Positions 22,901-44,100 of a stretch of DNA of 64,000 bases are shown one piece after another. How positions within the stretch are numbered: position 1 is the first letter of the stretch; each line of letters begins with the position of its first letter. The notes beneath the pieces were generated by a model. The model did no database searches and was not told the DNA's origin. It saw only the letters and a program-made list of their open reading frames with translations. This DNA is from Callorhinchus milii (taxonomy: Eukaryota): positions 38,564,001 through 38,628,000 of the forward strand of contig NW_024704742.1 of assembly GCF_018977255.1 (NCBI RefSeq), read 5' to 3'. The position numbers and the translations under genes are program-made.

Positions 22901-25900
22901 GGAAATAATGTGCCTTGCAGCATTTTTAGGTAGGAAAAGATTCTTAATATTTGCTTATTTGCATTCAGAGCTGTGTGCGAATGGCATTTATGTTGCGTAG
23001 AATTACATAGATTGTTACATCACAGAAATGGGCATTCGGGCCAACTAATCCGTGCCAGTGGTTATATTTCAGGTGAGTCTCCATCTGTCCTAATACTCTC
23101 TCCCACCTCTTCTATGTTACCATCTGTGCTTGTTGAATGACGGAAATTGGTCAGTTTATTTTCTTACTTGTTTCCCTTTCTCTTGTAAAGACACTGTTGC
23201 ATCATTAGAGTTCTGTTGGTATTGGCTCCTCTTCAGTATACCACGAAAGTGACTGTCATTAATGTTTAAACGTGAACAGTGATTGTGAGTGAGAGCTATC
23301 ATGGCTGTGAGGGCAATGGAGCTGAGTCTGACTATGTCCTTTCCTATTGACCACAGATCTGTTCTTTTGAGCTTTAAAAAAAGGGAGAACAACACTAGCA
23401 ATCTGAGTAGCAACGGAGTTGATTTTTCTTTACCCCTTTTCTTACCTTGGGGCACTGATGTCACTTTGCAGGATTGCTGACACAGTACTGACTGACATCA
23501 GCTGGGACCTGCCTGGTCTGAATTGGCTTTGAAATCTGTTTAACGAAAATGGATTCATTGAGCGAAGACATTAGTTTTTTATATTTAAAGAAGTAATAAC
23601 TTCATTCTTTTTGAACTAGGTTCAGAAGTGAATCTTTAATTTTCCTATTATAAGTGCATTTTTATAGGACTGAGAAGAGTAACCACAAAGGTGCTTGTGG
23701 AAAGAGAACATTGACAACTATTTTGAGACCAGCCAGATAATAATTATAGTATTAAATAACCATCATTATTATAAGATAGATATCAGTGTTCTTTTCCAGT
23801 CCTGTTTGCCCTTTATTTCCATACGACTGGAAACTAACGTGAGTTAAGGTTGCTGAAGATATTGTTATTTGCTAAAAATTGATTTGTTCTACTTTTCCAC
23901 CTCTTCCAGTGCTTGTAACCGCTGTATTACGGTTTACGATACTTCAGACCATGACAAAGAATCAATTCAAGATACTTAACACCATTACGCTGGCAATGCT
24001 GTGTCTCGTGTGTGTTGGAATGACGATATTGGGCAATGTCCAGGTGTAGCTTTTCTGTTTCATTTTCCCAGGCGTATTAAGCAAGTTCCTTGTTACTGGT
24101 TCTGGGTGCAAAGCAGCTTTTAATCCTGTCCTTCTGTCAATGTGATGTCAATGCATCGGCCAGTACTGCCTTGTGGACTTGGTGAGTTATTGATCTCAAC
24201 CATGTGTCTGGCAGATCCCCAGTGGATATCTGGACCATCCCTGAGGTATCATTCAAACATAGAAATTCCTCAAGGTGGGGGTATGGAATCACTCGGGGTG
24301 GGGAGGTACACTCAGCTATCCTGATTTACAATACCCTATCAAATGCAAATTTACACCCAATTGAAATTGGCTCATGTTGTTGTTTATGGGATGTGACTGG
24401 TGCGGATTAGCTGTCGCAACAAGCCAGGAAATTGTATTGAAAGATTGGGCATATTAACCCATAGAATGGTGGAACAGGCTTGTTGGACTGAATAGTCTCC
24501 TCCTGTTCCCATCAAAGTCAGGTCTACATCATTCTCTTTTAGATGTGTGGTATTAATAGTCAATAAGCAGCAGAATACCATTTGATCGTAGTTTGAGACG
24601 ATGGCTTGATTTGTCTGGTGTAAAATTATCCAGTAATAAAATAATAATCCTTGCATTTTATATTGTGCGTTAAGACATCTTTGAAATGTCTCAAAGCGCT
24701 TCACAGAATATAACTGTAAAGTGAATTCACTGTATATTTTGTGGGCGAAATGCGGCAGCCAATTGCACACTTCATTGTCCCACAAAACAGTCGTGGATTG
24801 AGTGACCAAATTATTATTTTTATTTATTTATTTTGAAGGGATCGTTACCCATGGAAAAGTAAACAGTGAACCTCCATACAACATCAGATTCATTATTTTG
24901 TTAGTCTATATCAACATCTCCATTATTGGATTACTATTATTGTAGTATGCGACTACCAGGATGGTAGAAGGCGATCTAGATAGACCTTGGTCTATTTCTT
25001 CTAGCATTTCCTGTGTTGCTATGTACTATACTTCTGGTCCATTTGCTTTTCCAGTTTACATTTATTTAAAAAAAATGCATAGGTTTCTAACTCTCCAGTG
25101 TCCAAGAAGATAAAGGCACCAACCACCTAGTTCAGTAATCAGTGAGTCACATTAACCAGAAGGTGGCAGGTTTATAGTAATTCAGTTACAACTAAGATCA
25201 GGAACCATTAATTCACACAAAGGGTTGTGAAGATGTGGAATGCTCTGCCCCAGAAAGCTATGGAGCCTGATTCAATAGGAATGTTTTAGAGAGAGGTATC
25301 CAGACACTTGGGGATTAAAGGTATAAAGGGGTAAGGAGAAAAGGTGGGGGATTGCGATTAAAAGATCTGACAATTGACTTGGGAGGAAGTGGGGGAAAAA
25401 GTTAGGGTATTAGCTCCTGATCACTATTGATGGATCATCTAAAACATAAATGTAAGGATTATACTCAACGTAAAAATTTATCTGCAGAAAAATTTGTTTG
25501 AATGTTGACTGCAGACATAAGTAGATTTGGCTTTTGTAGTGCATCACAGCCAAGCTCGATCATGTCTCCAGCCGTGTCCTTTCCCTTTCAGGTCAGGGAG
25601 CAATTATACCATCCGTAATGCCTCCCTGATCAGCTAACTCAGCACAGTCTCAGATGTGGATAGCAATATAAAGATTGTAAATGGTTATTTGATGGTTGAG
25701 GACCTTAAACGAAACAGGAATGTTAGTGAGCCTCTGAATTATGAGTGATTTGTACTTGCACAGAGCAGCAGTTTTGTGACACAAATGGTATTTTATCCTT
25801 CCAGTTGTCCGTCAACCGTTTGTTACATAATATCGGTACCTACACAGCCTTTGGAGTTGGATTAATAGCCTGTTGGACCAATTCTGTGCTGACATTCCAC

Positions 25901-26900
25901 GCGAATATCCAAATGGAAGGGCGAATAATCGGGATCTTCCGTACTTTCCTTTCGTTCACAGCAACAATAGCCTTTATCCTGTGTATCCTTCATCCGTGTG
26001 TTAAGAAAAAAGGCAACAGCATAGAAATCAGGACTCAAATGCTCATTTTCTGACCCGCTGACCTTGGAAAGGTGAGTTTTATCAGTTCCTAACTCTTTAC
26101 CTTCTTCATTTCCAGGACCTTAACCCTGAATTTGTTTCTCCCTCTGTTTTCATTTTAACCTTCATGCAATGTTGCCAGATTGAGTGGGTTCACACCCAAT
26201 TTGGTGTGTTTTTGTTGTACTATGTGTGAGAAAACAGCTTTGGGTGGTGCCTAATTGTTAAAGTTTTAATTTGAACCCTTTGACGACGTTTTCTTAGTTC
26301 CAAAAGCACTAACCTAAATTGGTCACTCTGATACCCATAGTAGGTAAGCAACACGTAATATTAGGCTACTTTTGGGCTAGTATTTGGTTGACTTTGGGCT
26401 ACAAAAGTATTTTAATTTCTGGCCAATCTGACTTTGTTGTGTACTGCATTATCAAATGCTGCTGTTCATGCAGACAACAAAGGCGAGAGTTTGGTTCAGC
26501 AGCTGGCACTTGCAACTCTGGGTCATGAATGAATTTCTGCTGTTCATTCTATGTGTCATGTGTAGCACACGGTGTTTTCAGCTTAAAGAAAGCAGTAGAT
26601 GGATTTCATGTACTTAAGAAGAAAATTTATTAATTGCCAAAAGCAGTACAGTATCTGATAAGTATGGAAATATTTGCTGAATTTCCTTAACATATCTCCA
26701 CAGATATGGTTTTCCAAGGGTTGGCTTCAGCAAAAGCCCAGTGGGCCTTGGTCATTCTCGTAAGTGTTTACATAGCATCACTTGCAATTGAATTGCGATT
26801 TTACAACTTTCAGATTCACTTCTGGGATATAAGAAATAGTTCAGGAAACACGAATAAAGCGGGTGCACGAGTCATTCCGGCTGCAAACCTTGTTAGTTAA
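19963..26900 (+). CDS. TMEM150C: Diverged TMEM150C-like protein, copy 2, 244 aa
   Basis: Coding exons 19963-20036, 21928-21975, 22729-22764, 22862-22929, 23910-24043, 25805-25982, 26704-26900. Frame and splice sites intact. U12 intron at 25983-26703. Confidence 0.85.
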
Positions 26901-27749
26901 ACATGCAGTATTTGTCCTGTAAAGAGTACAGAATAGTGACAGGGAATACTGTCAGTTTTCACTTTGAATATTATTGTTGAGTTTTGTTTTTCAAAGAACA
27001 GTATATTCTGTATAACTAACTATTTAACTCCATTACTGATCTTCCTTGGTCAGACTGTTCTTTGATATCAAGCGGGTAAGGGTGCCCCTATCTGGAGAAG
27101 CAGTATTTGCACACTGCAGAGTCACTAGGTTTTGACTCTTACCAACCTGCATCGAATACATTCTGGAATAAGGCAAACAAGCTGAGTCCATTCGGGAGAA
27201 TGGGTAGTCGATTTCAAACACAGAGAAATTTCATGTGTAGGTGACATACATATGTGAAACTCTGTCCAGTTTGGATACTCTTAATAATAATAATTATCCG
27301 TGAATTTGATACAGCACCTCAAACGTCTCAAAGCGCTTCACAGAATATCCTGTAAAGTTAATTGAATGTATATTTTGTTGGTGAAATGTGTTAGCCAATT
27401 GCATACAGCAGTATCCCACAAACATGATGATGGGTTTCTGCACTACTCCAGATAGATATTCCTTCCACTTTGAGTAATGTTATTGAAATAGGGCTTCTGA
27501 ATTTGGTAGGATGTAAAAGTGAAAATAATAAATAATAATTTACATTTGATATAGCGCATTATCATGTCTTCGATACGTCTCAAAACGCTTCAAAGAATAT
27601 ACTGTAAAGTGAATTCATTGTATATTTTGTAGGCGAAACGCAGGAGCCAATTGCGCACAGCAGCGTCCCACAAACAGATGTGGATTGAGTGACCGCATTA
27701 TTATTATTTTTATTAATATACTGTAATATTGAATTATTTCCAGCGTTGT

Positions 27750-29123
27750 TTACCGATCAACTTCACCAAACACAATATCTTGTGTTCCTATAATCGCAAC
27801 CACATCAGCTAACATGTGTCCCTGAGACATTTTATCAAGTCCGGCTAAATGAGCAAAACCGGGCGCTTTAATCTTACATCTATAAGGGCGACTTGTTCCA
27901 TCTGACACTAAATACACTCCAAACTCCCCCTTTGGCGCTTCAATCGCTGTGTAAGTGGCCCCAGGCGGAACTTGATATCCCTCCGTATATAACTTAAAAT
28001 GATGGATTAATGCTTCCATTGACTCCTTCATCTCGCTTCTCTTGGGAGGAGAGATTTTAGCATCATCAACTTTGATCTCTCCCTCAGGCATCTTGTTCAG
28101 GGCCTGAAGTACAATCCTCAAACTCTGCCTCATCTCCTCCACCCGACACACATAGCGATCATAACAATCTCCATTACTTCCTATGGGGACGTCGAATTCC
28201 ACCTGGTCATAGGCATCGTAGGGTTGAGATTTTCTTAAATCCCATTTTATCCCAGATCCTCTTAACATCACCCCACTGAATCCATAATTCAACGCTTCCT
28301 GAGCTGTTATGACTCCAATATCAACCGTACGATTTTTCCAAATTCTGTTGTCTGTGAACATCTCCTCGACCTCATCAATTCGGATCGAGAAATTGGTCAT
28401 AAAGGTGTATATATCGTCCATTAATCCGAGGGGAAGGTCCTGATGGACGCCACCAGGTCGGACATAAGCTGCGTGCATTCTGGCTCCGGAAACCCGCTCG
28501 TAGAATTCCAACATCTTTTCCCTCTCCTCGAACATCCAGAAAAATGGGGTCATCGCCCCAATATCAAGAGCGTGTGTGGTTATGGCCATAATGTGGTTCA
28601 ATATTCTGGTGATCTCTCCGAACAGGACTCTTATCCACTGAGCTCGAGGAGGTGGTCTGATGTTCAGCAGCTTCTCCACAGCGAGAGAATAGCACTGTTC
28701 ATTGCACATCATAGACACGTAATCCAGTCTGTCAAAGTAGGGCAGGGCCTGCAGGTAGGTTTTAGCCTCGATCAGTTTCTCTGTCCCGCGGTGTAAGAGG
28801 CCGATGTGGGGGTCACACCGCTTGACCGACTCCCCACTCAACTCCATCACCAGCCTCAGGACACCATGAGCTGCCGGGTGTTGTGGCCCAAAGTTTACAG
28901 TCAGGGTAGAGACGGTTTTCTCTGCCGGAGGGTCTTTGTCGTTCCAGGGCGCAGGTTTCCACTTGATGTTGTTGTGATCGGGATACATGACGGCTCCGGA
29001 GTATTGCTGCATCCACTGCTCGTCCGGCTGCCACTGCTGAGCTCCTCGGCTGATGGCGGCCCCGAGGCCCTGAAGAGGCGGGAGGAGGAGGCGCTGAGCT
29101 CGACATAGCCCGGCTCTCAGCAT
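27750..29123 (-). CDS. NDUFS2: Intronless NDUFS2 retrogene copy 3 (array-terminal), 457 aa
   Basis: Complete ORF, protein identical to copy 1. AATAAA (plus-strand TTTATT at 27709-27714) lies ~36 nt past the stop. Confidence 0.96.
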   Translation of the reverse strand: MLRAGLCRAQRLLLPPLQGLGAAISRGAQQWQPDEQWMQQYSGAVMYPDHNNIKWKPAPWNDKDPPAEKTVSTLTVNFGPQHPAAHGVLRLVMELSGESVKRCDPHIGLLHRGTEKLIEAKTYLQALPYFDRLDYVSMMCNEQCYSLAVEKLLNIRPPPRAQWIRVLFGEITRILNHIMAITTHALDIGAMTPFFWMFEEREKMLEFYERVSGARMHAAYVRPGGVHQDLPLGLMDDIYTFMTNFSIRIDEVEEMFTDNRIWKNRTVDIGVITAQEALNYGFSGVMLRGSGIKWDLRKSQPYDAYDQVEFDVPIGSNGDCYDRYVCRVEEMRQSLRIVLQALNKMPEGEIKVDDAKISPPKRSEMKESMEALIHHFKLYTEGYQVPPGATYTAIEAPKGEFGVYLVSDGTSRPYRCKIKAPGFAHLAGLDKMSQGHMLADVVAIIGTQDIVFGEVDR

Positions 29124-29383
29124 CTCTTCTTTCTCTCCTCTCTCTCCTTCCCCTTCTCTCTCTCTCTCCTTCCCCTCTCTCTCTCCTTCCCCTCTCTCTC
29201 TCCTTCCCCTCTCTCTCTCCTTCCCCTTCTCTCTCTCCTTCTCCTTCTCTCTCTCCTTCCCCTTCTCTCTCTCCTTCTCCTTCCCTCTCTTTTTCTCTCT
29301 CCTTTCCCTTCTCTCTCTCTCTCTCTCTCACTGCTGCTCTCCTTCCCCCCCCCTCTCTCTCTCTCCTTCCCCCTCTCTCTCCC
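29124..29383. repeat. Fully resolved ~260 bp CT/GA tract upstream of NDUFS2 copy 3
   Basis: Almost pure pyrimidine on the plus strand. Confidence 0.92.
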
Positions 29384-29852
29384 CGACACAACGTCACCAC
29401 AAAATGGTGAGGCTGTGGTGAGAACAGAGCATTCTGGGAATCTTTCTGCCTGAAAATCCTCCAGAAAACGCAGCAATCCCCAACTTTACGCAAACAGCAC
29501 AAAGTCGACCCCATTGGGGATCGCAGGTCACCTTTCCAGAGCCGGAGATCTTTATTTCTGTTTGGAAAGTTATTGTAAGTTGTCGCCGCTGTCATGGGGT
29601 GGAGCCTTTTGCAACACTTTGTGTTGGATGTCAGGAGGGCAATAACTTGCATTTATTGGTTTGTTTAGTGCCAATCATAGGGTAAGATGATGGTCTCATA
29701 AGTGCTCCATATAGATAGTGGAGGAAAGACTGTCCAGGGAGGGAAGAGGAATTTTTAAGTGTTGACCAAAAGCACAGTCAAAATGATGCCTTTCTTTGAA
29801 TACAAATGTATGCTTTACATGTAGGAAAAATTCAAAACTATTTTTAAAGGCA

Positions 29853-30148
29853 ATTATAATAATAATAATAATAATCCTTGCATTTGATATAGCGTTTTTC
29901 ACGTCGGGAGGACGTCCCAAAACGTTTCACAGAACACACTGTAAAGTGAATTGACTGTATATTTGTGGGCGAACGCAGCAGCCAATTGCGCACAGCAATG
30001 TCCACAAACAGTCGTGGATTGAAAATGACCAATTTATTATTGTTTTTGGTTTTGAAGGGATTATTATTAGGCGTGTGGAGTAAGGAAACTTGCCCAAGGT
30101 TTCGCCCTGCCTGGAATTGAACTCAGGTCTCTCGCTTGCAAAGCGAGT
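29853..30148 (-). mobile_element. tRNA-derived SINE, 5' head clipped
   Basis: Near-identical to 3641-3930. Confidence 0.85.
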
Positions 30149-30594
30149 ATTTGGATCAGTATTTGAAGAAAAAATATAAAAGGCATGTGGGAAGTCCTGG
30201 GAAATAGATCTAGTGGAGAAGGTGGCACCAGCCTAGTTTTAATGAGTCTTTGATGGCCTCTGCTGCAATTTCTTTGATTCTAGTAGATTGGAAAGAAAAT
30301 AATTGTGGGAAATGAAAAGGGCCTGGGAGTCCTGATTGACAATAAATTGAAGCTATCGCAGCAGTGCTCAGTGGCAGTGAGTAAAGGAGGCACCAAAGCT
30401 GATCCCAATTCTGTCCTCATCTGACATCTAAACAAGTGCATGTTTTACTCACAATGTAGTCAATTCACTTTACAGTATATTCTGTGAAGTGCTTTGAGAT
30501 GTCTTGAAGATGTGATAAGGCACTATACCAATTGCAAGGATTATTATTCTACTTTCCAAAGGAGTCATTAGATAGTAATCAGAGGCCTTAAATG

Positions 30595-31445
30595 TTACGG
30601 AGGTGAGGGAAGGCAGAGCGGGTCATGGCTTGAATGTGGGGAAGGAGAGTTGAGGGTCGAACAAGACACCCAGGTTCCTGACTGGCTGGTGAGTTGTAGT
30701 GTGCAACCATGGAGGTTGATGCTGCCAGAGCCTGAGGTGCTGAGGCGCTGGCGTGAGCCAATCAGGAGGGCCTCAGTCTTGTTCACATTCAACTGTAGGA
30801 AATTTGCCCTCATCCAGGACTTGATGTCCGACAGACAGTCTGTCAGGACAGCAGTGGTCCTGGAGTTGAGGGTGGAGGCAGAAAGATAGAGTTGGGTGTC
30901 ATCCGCATATATATGGAAGTTGACCTCATGTTTGCAGATGATGTAACCAAGGGGGAGCATACAGATATTAAAGAGGAGAGGGCCAAGGCAACAAAGTGGA
31001 GATGGTGAGAGAGATAGGATTTGATCCAGGCAAGGGCAGATCCGTGAAGGTTAAGTAAAGAGGACAGGCGGTGTATGAGGATGGAGTGGTCAATAGTGTC
31101 GAAGGTGACAGAGAGGTCGAGGAGGACAAGGAGGCAGAGGGAGCCCTGATCACAGATGTCCAGAATATCATTCTGACTTTGACCAGGGCTGCTTCCATGC
31201 TGTGGGCAGCGCGGAAGCTGGATTAGAGGGGTTCAAAGAGGGAATGGCGAGAAAGAAAGGAGCGGAGCTGGGAGCGACGACTCGTTCCAGGACCTTGGAG
31301 AGGAATGGGAGGTTAGAGATGGGTTGGTAGCTGGAGAGGAGGGATGGGTCCAGGGAAGGTTTTTTCAGGATGGGGGTGATGACGGGTGTTTTTAGGGGGG
31401 TAGGAATTGAACTGGTGGACAAGGAGAGGTTGATGGCGTTGGACT
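30595..31445 (-). mobile_element. Degenerate L2-type LINE reverse-transcriptase fragment
   Basis: Frameshifted pieces [26 protein letters not shown] and [15 protein letters not shown]. Confidence 0.85.
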
Positions 31446-31598
31446 ATTGCGAAGGAGACCAGGGATGTTGGTCTGGCCAATATTTTCCCCCGCCTCCAAA
31501 ATTCATGTTAAGAGTAAATTATTCATTCTGTTTGTGTGAAGCTGCTGGCACAGATTGGCTTCTATAACACAACAGCTCCCTCCTATGCTTCAAAGCAA

Positions 31599-31666
31599 TT
31601 TATTGTGCAAAGTTCTTGGACACGTGTCAAAATGAACAGTTGCGGCATCAAATGTGAGGATTTATT
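31599..31666 (-). terminator. Candidate ENOPH1 polyadenylation signals
   Basis: AATAAA on the minus strand (TTTATT at 31599-31604 and 31661-31666), ~290-350 nt past the stop. Confidence 0.45.
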
Positions 31667-31951
31667 TTTTACTTTGAGCGTGGAGCAGAATCAGATGCCA
31701 TGCTGAAGCGCTCAGTGCAAAACAACTTTCAGTCTGAAAGGTTTCCTGCGAGTCCCTCTTATTAGGAGGAATCCCCACTTCATGCAGGAATAGCAAACTG
31801 CACATTCTGATCTGTATGACTTTTAAGTGCTCTAAGACACTGTCCCGTGCGAAGCGGGCTATATAAATGCAGGTTGTTGTTTGGCTGCAGAAGAGGTTGT
31901 CCTATTTTAAGGAGCGGTTTAGCTTTCATTTCCTCTGCGACTCTAACCAGG

Positions 31952-42341
<10,390 letters not shown>

Positions 42342-42799
42342 GGCACTGAATGCAGAGCCCTGCAATGCACACTGAGACACAAAGACATGGGTCGCTCCGC
42401 TCCACAGGCTGCAAACAGGACACCCAACCTTAAAGGGACAGACTTATACTGTTTGGCCGACAGAAACTACAAGGAGGTGGAGATTACAGAAATCATCTGA
42501 AATGTTCTTGCTCGCTTACGTCCCAGTGCTTTGAGGGGGGCGTTTAGAAAGGGGCAAAAAAATAAGTCAATTAATTTATCAGAAAACATATTTTTTATAT
42601 ATATATATTGTTCTTTTCAATTGTTGGTTTAAAAGCCCCATAAATTGGCAGTGATTGTTGTAAAATTTAAGTGCTGTAATACATTCAAAAATGATTTCCA
42701 TACTATGTCAACAATTTGCAATGTTGACCTCTAAATAAATGTATAACTGCTGTGTTTTTCAATATATAAATATGGTTACAAATGTATATTGCTTTTAAT

Positions 42800-44100
42800 G
42801 GGGGGGCGTCGGTCAGGTGTCTTGACGCATGCGAAAACCCATCACCGTGCTTAATAGCGCTCTGAGACGCCGTCCGGCGTGGAGGGCGCTATATAAATCC
42901 AAGTTGTTATTGTTAATAATAATAGGACCCAAACCAAGCTGAGATATTCATGCATCCCACCTACACGTGTAAGGTCCGGAGACGGATTGCTGGAACAGAA
43001 CGTGCACCCTCTCTCCCCGGAGGGGACGCATCCTGCTTACCTAATTCCGGAAAGGATTAGGCGCAGGCTGGCCGGAGCCAAGGCTTGGGGACCCCAGAGC
43101 GTGCATTGGGGTAACTGCCGGAGTCTAACCAGCTGAACCCGTGCAGCTCGCCGTTGGTATTGCTGTCCGGCAAGCGTTCCCAGTGCCGGTCTAGCGGAGA
43201 CCAGCCTACCTGTTGCAGGGCTTTGGTTCGCAGGGTTGACAGGTAGGACAGGTGGGGGTGAGGGCACACAGCACAGGTGTGAATGGAGTGAGAGAGAGTG
43301 AGTGAGTGAGTGAGTGAAACTGATTGACTTCCCGGCTCGGTGATTGACAAGCTGACTGGCTGCGTGATTGGCTGGACCGGGGAGGTCACGTGCCGGACCT
43401 AAAAAGCCCGTAGGGGGGCGGGGTCGGGGAGGAGGGGGGGGGGGCGGGGTCGGGGCTGAAATGCCCGGATCTTCCTGCCGACAACGCCGCCATTTTGTAA
43501 CGTCCGCGACGCCGAGACCGACCCCCTCCCCCCCAAAGCCCGGCCCGGCCCGGCCCCCCCCCCGCACCCGCCCCGCCCAACCCGACCCGACCCCGCCCCG
43601 CCTCACCCAAACCCCCGCCCCCCACCCACCCCCACCCGCCCCCCCCCGCACACAGCACCCACACCCCGAGAGACAGACTCGCGCACACACACACACACAC
43701 CCCACACACACACACACCCCGGGCCGCCATGGACTCCGAGTACGATTACACGCCCTCGTCCGCCGGCGGCCTCATGGAGCAGACCATGGCGGCGACAGAC
43801 GAGTTCCCCGAAGGAGCCAAAATAAACGCGAGCAAGAACGAGGAGGACGAGGGGTGAGCGAGAGGGAGAGAGGGAGGGAGAGAGGCCCAGGTCTTTGTCC
43901 CGGTCCCCCCTGTCCCGGCCCCTGTGCTGTCAGGGTGTGAGCGGGCGGTGTGATTACTGTGGTTGTTAGATACACACCCCGGTGCGGGTGGGGTGGGGGC
44001 GCTCCCCCCCCCCTGGCCCGGCCTCCCCCCCCACCCCTGGCCCGGCCTCCCCCTGGCCCGGCCCCCTGGCCCGGCCTCCCCCCCCCCCCCCCCCGGGCCC
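42800..44100. promoter_or_regulatory. Bidirectional CpG-island promoter of ENOPH1 and HNRNPDL
   Basis: CpG/GC-rich. GATTGG, GTCACGTG, GGGGCGGGG boxes, G-runs at 43413-43455 and YY1 motif CGCCATTTTG at 43488-43497. Lies between the divergent first coding exons. Confidence 0.85.

Larger units (their letters stand above)
1..29745. repeat. Tandem segmental duplication array (TMEM150C-like + NDUFS2 retrogene cassette): partial unit 1-~3995, full units ~3996-17700 and ~17701-29745
   Basis: NDUFS2 stops at 1097/15413/27750 give periods of 14316 and 12337 bp. Introns and intergenic sequence recur almost verbatim. Homology ends after ...GACTGTCCAGG(G)AGGGAAG at ~3995/17700/29745. Confidence 0.92.

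Noticed and set aside
1-29745. Array as a pure haplotype-duplication artefact
   Set aside because: The last TMEM150C-like exon exists in three versions, each with private substitutions, which is more than a diploid single locus allows. The junction is also precise and repeated. Exact copy number still needs read support.
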